This document shows, in pieces, positions 54,832 to 64,000 of a stretch of 64,000 nt of DNA. The position numbers and the translations under genes were made by a program. Numbering within the stretch: position 1 is the stretch's first letter; every line of letters starts with the position of its first letter. The DNA comes from Eledone cirrhosa. Its lineage: Eukaryota. The notes under the pieces are model-generated. The model was not told where the DNA came from and searched no databases. It worked only from the letters and a program-made list of their open reading frames with translations. The stretch spans positions 1,426,001-1,490,000 of the forward strand of contig OZ024760.1 of assembly GCA_964016885.1 (NCBI GenBank), given 5' to 3'.

Positions 54832-55584
54832 GTGAGTAAAAAAAAAAAAAAAAAATCAACCAAAAAACAAAAACAAAAAACAAAAACAAAAAAATCACAA
54901 CATAATTGGTGTCGTTAATAAGTTGTTGGGCAGAAGGGGGGAGTTGGCGGTGAGGTGGCGGGTGGGCGCGTTGTGTGGGTGTGGTTAATTTGGTTGGCTT
55001 TTATAATTAATTAATTTATTTTATTTATGTTAATTTAAAGAAAAAATATTTATCTTATTTTATTTATTTGTAAAGCGTAAATATACATACATATATATAT
55101 GTATATACGTGCATATATGTATATATATGTACATATATGTTTATATATATATTCATGTGTATATATATAAACATATATAAATCTACATATATATATATGT
55201 ATATATATATATTCATGTATATATATATATATATATATATGTGTGTATATATATATATGTATATATATTTAATTCATTATTGGTGGGCTGTGTGAGGATG
55301 TTAAGGTTTGCTCGTTAGTTCGTTAGTTCTCTCTACATTCAATTCATTATCACGATTAATTGATCTTGATAACATCTCTCGTTAATATATCAGTAGGTGC
55401 GATGGAGTAAGGGATTGCAGTCTCTGCTGCTGTCAAAATATATACCAGTAAAATACTAGGGTCAGACTCGGGGGTGGGGCACTAAATATTTAACATGTTG
55501 CTCCCTCTCTTCTGGAAGCAAGCATGGCTGCAGTTTGATCCTTCTGTATTTAACCACGGGCAGGTGTACCATTTACCAGTATCT

Positions 55585-56230
55585 AGCCACTGGGTATCTT
55601 TAGTAGAGTACCTTCTGTCACTCAGTTTAACACCACCAGCACCAGGTGCTTGGGTATCTTTAGTAGAGTACCTTCTGTCACTCAGTTTAACACCACCAGC
55701 ACCAGGTCTTGGGTATCTTTAGTAGAGTACCTTCTGTCACCCAGTTTAACACTATCACCTTGGATGTTTTTAGTAGAGGCCAGTCTGTTGACCAGTTTAA
55801 CACCACCACTTGGTCTTTGGGTGTCTTTAGTAGAGTCCAGTCTGTTGTCCAGTTTAACACCACCACTTGGTCTTTGGGTGTCTTTAGTAGAGTCCAGTCT
55901 GTTGTCCAGTTTAACACCACCTCTTGGTCTTTGGGTGTCTTTAGTAGAGTCCAGTCTGTTGTCCAGTTTAACACCACCACTTGGTCTTTGGGTGTCTTTA
56001 GTAGAGTCCAGTCTGTTGTCCAGTTTAACACCACCACTTGGTCTTTGGGTGTCTTTAGTAGAGTCCAGTCTGTTGTCCAGTTTAACATCATTGCCTGGAC
56101 CATGGGTGTCTTTAGCAGAATTCACTCTGTTGTCTAGTTTTTACACCACCACCCCCAGGTCCATGGTTTTTTTTTAGTATAGTTGTCCAGTGTAACACCA
56201 CCCATCGTCATTGGGTGTCTTTAGCAGAGT
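55585..56230. repeat. Minisatellite, 57-bp core unit with diverged flanking units
   Basis: ccaccacttggtctttgggtgtctttagtagagtccagtctgttgtccagtttaaca repeated; 19-aa periodicity in the ORF track. Confidence 0.93.
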
Positions 56231-57006
56231 TTGTTCTGTTGCAGGAAGCATGCCAGTTCTGGACTAGGCTTTTTACATCCTGCTGTGACCTACTTGGGTG
56301 GTACACTTAATTTTCCACACAGTTTAACACCACCAGAGGATCCTGCCAGAAGCAACTGTTTCCAATTAATCCAGCTGGTTCCCCAAGTGAGACCAGCCAA
56401 ACTTATGGATGTCATCCAACCATCTTTCTCAGGGGGGTCTGCCATTGGTTTTGCCTGTAAAATCTGTTCTTAAATAGGATCCCTTTTAAAATGAGTGGGT
56501 TAGTTTCATAGGACCAGAAGCAGATTTAGGCAGGTTGGTATGAAAAGGGTTAAACAATAAATATTAAAAACAAAAATATACTGCCCCACTCAAAAATTAA
56601 TTGATGGAGTTAAACAATTTTTCTTATTAGTCAATTAAGATTTCATTTTCATTATCATTACTTTTTTTTTTGTCTCTTTTGAAAGGGTTGGACGTAAAGG
56701 TGGGGGTGGGGTTTGAATTGTTATGGGTGTGGTAGTTTCAGAATAAACAAAAATTTTAATTTTTTTCAACCCCAAACCCTACCTTTTTTTTTACATTTTG
56801 AAAACAAATGTATATGTGCATGTGTATATATATGTATATATATCTATATATATATAAACACACACATATACATACATTTTAAGGAATTTTTTATTAACCT
56901 TTCTAATCTCTTTAAAATTTGTGAAACATTGCCTGTTTTGTTTGTTTTTGATTATTATTATATATTTTTTTATATTTTTATATATTATGTTTAATGCTAC
57001 TACCAT

Positions 57007-57041
<35 letters not shown>

Positions 57042-57366
57042 TTACTATGGATTGATTTAATTTGTATTTCTTGGTTGACACCACCACTACCATGGACCCA
57101 CCCATCCATCCACCATACCTACCACTCTACACCCCCACGACCACCGTTTGCTTTCTTTTTTTTTCCTTTTTGGTCTATTTGTTTGTTGGTTTGTTACAAT
57201 TAGAACTATATATACCTATATATATATATAGGTATATATATATGTAACATATATATACTTATATATAACATATTTGTGTGCAAAATTGCACACAAGAAGG
57301 TGGCTGATGAGGTAGAGATGCAGTTGTCTGTTCGTTTTGTGTAATTGTTTTACTGTTCTATTGACT

Positions 57367-57426
<60 letters not shown>

Positions 57427-57994
57427 GTGTGTACAATTTTTGGTTTTTATTTTCTTCTTTGGTTCTCTCTCCACTAACCCCTGGTCTGTGCCTGCTGTGA
57501 AATGATAATAATAATAATAACAACAACCAGTACAAAATGTAGACTTTTTACTTTACTACTAACACACAGCTATGATTTGAAACCACCTCCACCCTCATCC
57601 TCTCAGTCTTTAAACCTACCTTTCTACCTCTCTCCTTATTATACTCTCCCCTCCTACTCCCTATTATACCCTCCCTGCTACTACTCCCTATCATGCGCAC
57701 CCCCACTCCCCATTTTCTTGTTCATTTCTTCATTCATTCATTAATGACTTGCTTATGCATGCTCAGAAATCTAGTTGTTTTATATATATATATATATGTG
57801 TGTATATGTGTGTGGTCATGTGTTTGTGTGTATGAGGGAGTGCGGTCACATGTTTGTGTATGTGTGTTAGTGTAGTTGTGTATGCGTGGTTGGTTGTTTG
57901 CACTCTTTATCAATGGAAACGGAACAAAGAGGGTTACTGCTTACTTCCTTTGGGTCAGACTGAGAAAAATGGGAAATAATGTATTATGTGGCTT

Positions 57995-58032
<38 letters not shown>

Positions 58033-58135
58033 GTGTGTGTGTGTATATATATATCAGGAATATACCATCTGGAATTTGCTATAGAAATGGCAAGAGCTCA
58101 GCTGTTGGGCCCTGACTCTCTACTATATATATATA

Positions 58136-58303
58136 CCGTATTTCCTGGTGCCAAAGACACTTCGTCCTTGAGGACGTACCCTAATTTTGACAACCAAAAA
58201 TTTGAAAAAAAATAATAAACAACCTTCGGCCTCCAGGACGCATGGTAGATTTTTGAGACTTATTTTAGGAAAAGAGTAGTGTCTTCGACGCCAGGAAATA
58301 TGG
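58136..58303. mobile_element. Tc1/mariner-type MITE, 168 bp, TA target duplication
   Basis: TA-CCGTATTTCCTGGTGCCAAAGACAC ... GTGTCTTCGACGCCAGGAAATATGG-TA; 25-bp imperfect terminal inverted repeats. Confidence 0.85.
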
Positions 58304-59236
58304 TATGTATATATATCAACAGTCGATCGACTTTCGTTGCCAGTTTCCACTGGTCTTTCTAATTGCTAATACTCTCTATCAGTCACAAAAAGGTAGAAGG
58401 AGCAACGTGAAATAAAGTGTCTTACCCAAGGACATAATGCATCGCCCGGCACGGGTATCGACCTCGCAATTGCAAAACCACTTCTCTAACCACTCAGCCA
58501 CACGGCTTGTCAATATACACACACACGCACACATATACACACAGCTTGTTTGCTTTCTACATGAAGATGCATTCGGCAACGCAGTAAATTTGCGTAATTC
58601 AAGTCTAATATTTTTGATAAATAAAAAAAAATTTTAAAACCACACGTGTTATTCGCGCAAAGTGATTATTTGATTATATTTTTTCGAGAGCTGTTAACAC
58701 TTTAGCATTTAAACCAGCCATATCTGGCCAGAATTCTCTCACCTCTTTCTGTTCAAACTGGCTGTAACTGGCTGCTCATACTGATATTAAGGTATTGTTC
58801 TCAAAATAAATAATATCAAAATCTCATAGATTCGATATTATGTGAGATAGTTATCTGAGATAAAGTGTTTACAGTGAAAATACAATAGTAAATATAGAGT
58901 AATGTGAATGTTAAAGGGTTAAAGTGAATACACATACTTCAATTTTGTGTAAAAAGCGAACAGACTATATGTATATATGTGTGTGTTTGTGTAAGGTGAA
59001 GATGGCGGTTAGAATGTTTGATAGAAGAATGCTTTGAAGTATTTGCTCCAGCTGTGTACTCTGTGTAATTCTTTAGCTCAAGACCCAGGCCTGATTCTGT
59101 AGATGTACAACAGTTGGTCAACAACAATGATGTCACAACCACTTCTATATCTCTCTCTCTCCCCCCCCCCCGCATTTTTTTTGTTTGTTGTTGTTTTATT
59201 TCACCAAATGTACCTTTGAATTGTTTTTGTTCATTT

Positions 59237-59268
<32 letters not shown>

Positions 59269-59599
59269 GCTATTTCATGACCTCTGACCTCAGTATTATA
59301 ATGAGGTCATCATGTTTCTCTTTGTTATTGTTGTTCAGCTTTATTTATATTTATTTTGTTTTGTTTTGTTTTATTTTATTTCTATTTCGTTTTAATAGGG
59401 AAGATGTAAGCACTATTAAATGTAATGTTTAGTGTGTGGATAGATAGATAGACAAATGTGTTTGATAAACCTTTCTCAATGTTCTTCTTTGCCCACTTAT
59501 CCCTGTGAGAGTCATGGGGCAGAGCCCTCAAACACTCCTTCCAGCAGGTCCTGTCAGAAGCAACGTTCGCCAATGTTCTTACTCAAAATCTAGCTATAT

Positions 59600-60125
59600 T
59601 CCCTACTTCAAAATGTGACTATCTTCCAGATCAAAATTAACCTCTGTCCTCACCCCAAAATATGGCATTTTTCCTGATCAAAATCTACCTTTGTCCCCAC
59701 TGCAAAATGTGACATCCTTCCTGCTCAAAGTGCACCCGCATTCATACCCCAAAATATAGTCTCCTTCCTGATCAAAATCAGTGTTTGACCTCACTCCAAA
59801 TTGTGGCCTCCTTCCAGATCAAAATCTACCTTTGTCCCCACTACAAAATGTGACATCCTTCCTGCTCAAAATGTACCCTCATTCATACCCCAAAATATAG
59901 TCTCCTTCCAAATCAAAATTAACCCCTGTCTTCACTCCAAAATGTGGCCTTCTTCCAGATCGAAATCTACCTTTGTCCCCACTACAAAATGTGACATCCT
60001 TCCTGCTCCAAAGTGTACCCTCATTTATACTCGAAAATATAGTCTCCTTCCAGATCAAAATCAACCATTGTCCGCACTCTAAAATGTGGCCTTCTTCCAG
60101 ATCAAAATGTACCTATGTTCCCACT
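59600..60125. repeat. Higher-order tandem repeat, 141 bp made of three diverged subunits of about 47 bp
   Basis: tccagatc recurs at 59813 and 59954; ttcc..tcaaaat..caaaat subunit periodicity. Confidence 0.85.
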
Positions 60126-60489
60126 TGAATTTTCCTTTTTGCTATTCAACATTTTGAGATTAATGATATATATATATGTGTGTGTAGTACCAGTTATACA
60201 TTGGTATCAATTCAATTAACGATGCCTACCCTAGCCAGTCTTTCTAATTTCTAACATTTCTGACCTTGTGTTTGTGTGTCAGAAATCCTGTTCTGGTAAT
60301 TAGTGTGTTGTGTGTGTGTTGAATGTGTATGTATGTGTGTGTTTGGATGTGTATGTTTATGTATGAAAGTATGTATGTGCGAGTATGTATGTTTATGTGT
60401 GTATAAATGTAACTGTGTGTGTGGTTGGTACAATTAATGCCTGTTGTTGGTCATTATTGGATTGTGTAAGTAAGTGGTTGTGTAATGGT

Positions 60490-60995
60490 AGTGGTAGTGG
60501 AAGTTATAGTGGTAGTGGGGGTTATAGTGGTTGTGGTGGTACTGGAAGTTATAGTGGTTGTGGTGGTAGTGGGGCTTATAGTGGTTGTGGTGGTAGTGGG
60601 GGTTATAGTGGTTGTGGTGGTAGTGGGGCTTATAGTGGTTGTGGTGGTAGTGGGGGTTGTGGTGGTAGTGGGGGTTATAGTGGTTGTGGTGGTAGTGGGA
60701 TTGGTGGTGGTGGTAGTGGAAGTTATACTGGTTGTGGTGGTAGTGGGGGTTATAGTGGTTGTGGTGGTAGTGGGGGTTATAGTGGTTGTGGTGGTAGTGG
60801 GATTGGTGGTGGTGGAAGTTATAGTGGTTGTGGTGGTAGTGGGGGTTATAGTGGTTGTAGTAGTAGTGGGAGTTATAGTGGTTGTGGTGGTAGTGGGAGT
60901 TATAGTGGTTGTGGTGGTAGTGGGGGTTATAGTGGTTGTGGTGGTAGTGGGATTGGTGCTGGTGGTGGTAGTGGGGGTTATAGTGGTGGTGGTGG
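60490..60995. repeat. Minisatellite, 27-bp unit (ggttatagtggttgtggtggtagtggg)
   Basis: Direct tandem repetition, open in several frames on both strands. Confidence 0.9.
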
Positions 60996-61550
60996 TTTGT
61001 GACATAATGATAGCAATGGTGGTTAAGGGTAGTGGAGGAGGTGGTGGTGGTGGCCACAAGTGGAAGTGCTGACACATGTTCATTCCATCTTCCACTCCTT
61101 GCTGACCCTCCTAGGGTTACAGCACTTGGAAAAGTACTTTAGTAGCAGAGGTGGGTGTGGGATGTGAGGCTGGCATTGTTGGTAGTTTGGTGGTGGTAAT
61201 GGTGTGGTGGTGGTAGTGTGAGCCTAGCATTGTTGATGGTTTGGTGGTGGTAATGGTGTGGCTTTGGTGGTAGTATTGGTGTAGTGTTGGTGGTAGTACT
61301 GGTGGTGTTTGGTATTGTTGATTGTGAGGTGGTGGTAATGGTGTGGTTTTGGTGCTAGTACTGGTGGTGGTAATGGTGTAGTGTTGGTGGTGTTTGGTAT
61401 TGTTGATTGTGAGGTGGTGGTAATGGTGGTGGTAGTACTGGTGGCGATGGTGGTGGTGTCTGGCATTGTTGTTGATAGTAGTTGTACCTAAACTAGAAAC
61501 CTCCATTATGCTGGTGTTTGGAACAACATATCTGAAACCAAAGATGTTTG

Positions 61551-61817
61551 TTAAATAAAATGACGCTGGAATGTTTTAATGTAAACTATGAAAAAGCCAT
61601 TCCATCTCGCGAGGCTCACCCCTGCGGGGAGACAACTCTGTGTGATGGTGGGGAGTAGGGAGATGGCCCTAGGGCCAAGAGCACCAGAAGTTTCCACTGT
61701 TAGGGGCTCGGCCAAAAGTTTGTTGGAGAGTGACCAATACTTGGAGAGTTTACCCTCCTCGGCCCGAAGTGCTGCAGCATGGACTGTACCTGTTATTCTA
61801 AGGTATAGCCTTGTCAC
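61551..61817 (-). mobile_element. Remnant of a restriction-like-endonuclease (CRE-like) non-LTR retrotransposon
   Basis: AAALRAEEGKLSKY..L.....PLTVETSGALGPRAISLL fits the A..AE..K..KY / P..VET.G..G..A..L signature of the C-terminal REL endonuclease. Confidence 0.72.
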
Positions 61818-62449
61818 ATATTGACTTGTGAATTAGTAGGACTATTGGTAGCGGTGGTTGTGGTGGGGGGTAGTAGTAATAGTGGTGGTGGTTGTAGTAG
61901 TAGTAGTGGCAGCGGTAGTAGTGTCAGCAGCAGTTGTAGTATTGGTGGTGGCTACAGTCGTAGTAGTAGTAGTAGTATTAGTAGTAGTGGTAGAAGTAGC
62001 AGTAGTGTCAGCAGCAGTTGTAGTATTGGTGGTGGTGGTGGCTACAGTCGTAGTAGTAGTAGTAGTATTAGTAGTAGTGGTAGAAGTAGTAGTAGTGTCA
62101 GCAGCAGTTGTAGTATTGGTGGTGGTGGTGGTGGCTGTAGTAGTAGTAGTAGTAGTAGTTACAGTAGTAGTAGTGTCAGCAGCAGTTGTAGTATTGGTGG
62201 TGGCTACAGTCGTAGTAGTAGTAGTAGTAGTGGTAGTAGTAGTGGTAGTAGTAGCGGTAGTTACAGTAGTAGTGGTAGTAGTAACAATAGGTTTTCTAGA
62301 TAACCACCACCACAACCACCACCACCAACACCTCCACCATTCTCAGAGTTGGAAAGAAAGTTAGGAAGTAGTTGATGGCTTCTCCTATTTTAGGCACCAT
62401 GTCACCCAAGTTAGGGCGGACATCCTTCTGGCTTTGTCAGGAGATGGTT

Positions 62450-63046
62450 GTATGGGTGGCTGTGTGTATAGAAGTGTGTGAGTGTATATATATATGTGTG
62501 TGTGTGTGTGTGTGGGTGGCTGTGTGTATAGAAGTGTGTGAGTGTATATATATGTGTATGTATAGAAGTGTGTGAGTGTATATATATATGTGTGTGTGTG
62601 TGTATGGGTGGCTGTGTGTATAGAAGTGTGTGAGTGTATATATATATGTGTGTGTGTGTGTGTGTGGGTGGCTGTGTGTATAGAAGTGTGTGAGTGTATA
62701 TATATGTGTATGTATAGAAGTGTGTGAGTGTATATATATATGTGTGTGTGTGTGTATGGGTGGCTGTGTGTATAGAAGTGTGTGAGTGTATATATGTGTG
62801 TGTGTGTGTGTGTGGGTGGCTGTGTGTATAGAAGTGTGTGAGTGTATATATATGTGTATGTATAGAAGTGTGTGAGTGTATATATATATATGTGTGTGTG
62901 TGTATGGGTGGCTGTGTGTATAGAAGTGTGTGAGTGTATATATATATGTGTGTGTGTGTGTGTATGGGTGGCTGTGTGTATAGAAGTGTGTGTGTGTATG
63001 GGTGGCTGTGTGTATAGAAGTGTGTGAGTGTATGGGTGGCTGTGTG

Positions 63047-63079
<33 letters not shown>

Positions 63080-63094
63080 ATCGGTGGCTGAGTG

Positions 63095-63131
<37 letters not shown>

Positions 63132-63198
63132 ATGGGTGGCTGAGTGTATAGAAGTTTGTGAGTGTATATGTGTGTGTGTGTGTATGGGTGGCTGTGTG

Positions 63199-63231
<33 letters not shown>

Positions 63232-63315
63232 ATGGGTGGCTGAGTGTATATATATATATGTGTGTGTGTGTATGGGTGGCTGAGTGTATATATATATGTG
63301 TGTGTGTGTGTGTGA
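62450..63315. repeat. Compound (GT)/(TA) minisatellite with gggtggctgtgtgtatagaagtgtgtgagt cores
   Basis: Direct tandem repetition. Confidence 0.9.
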
Positions 63316-63370
63316 CGTATGCATGCACGTGCCACTTTCATTTCTCTCTCTGTCATTCCTTCCTACTTAA

Positions 63371-63514
<144 letters not shown>

Positions 63515-64000
63515 CACATATATATATATGCATACATAGGTTTGAGTTTGTATGTATACATATATATATATATATATATATATATGGGTGTGTGTGTATT
63601 TGTGCATACACATACATACACATGTATGTATATATATATATATGCATGCAAACATATGTTTGAGTTTGTATGTATATGTATGTATACATATGTATATATA
63701 TGAACATATATATGTATGTATATATATATATGTATGTATGTATATGTATATACATATATATATATGTATGTATATGTATATATATATACATATGTGTGTG
63801 TATACACACATATATACACATGTATGTATAATTGCAAGTTAGCTCCATAATTTGTAAATGTTTATGAGATTTGTCAACCCAGTATGGTAGATTGCCTCCT
63901 GTTGTACTTCCACCACACTACCATCATACGCACCATACCACCACCACCATACACACACTACCACCACCATCATATACACCATACCACAACACCACCATAC

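Noticed and set aside
59294-59305. Possible 12-nt micro-exon after a long T tract
   Set aside because: It has a stop (TAA) in the required phase and a poor donor (GTCATC).
60385-61002. Gly/Ser/Cys/Tyr-rich ORF resembling loricrin or keratin-associated proteins
   Set aside because: It is a 27-bp minisatellite open in several frames on both strands, with no convincing splice or start context.

Overview
Eukaryotic, AT-rich, microsatellite-saturated DNA. The repeat families suggest a coleoid cephalopod, probably an octopus (inference). The only supportable protein-coding gene is the N-terminal half of eyes absent (Eya) on the + strand. It has five well-supported exons (12720-12988, 47885-47974, 48453-48513, 49309-49463, 54715-54831) and one doubtful 99-nt in-frame cassette (46298-46396). 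No start exon or C-terminal Eya/HAD phosphatase exon was found; they probably lie outside the window. The rest is intron or flank: tRNA-derived SINEs, LINE remnants (RTE, Tx1-like, CRE-like), piggyBac-type and Tc1/mariner-type MITEs, and several satellites including a 3.6-kb array of a 44-bp unit. The most unusual signal is a set of short palindromic elements in or beside (TA)n tracts that carry type I hammerhead ribozyme folds of the Penelope-like kind. Three fold completely by eye, one of them in the sense strand of the large Eya intron. A near-perfect 498-bp palindrome belongs to the same set. Almost all ORFs in the supplied track are microsatellite artefacts.
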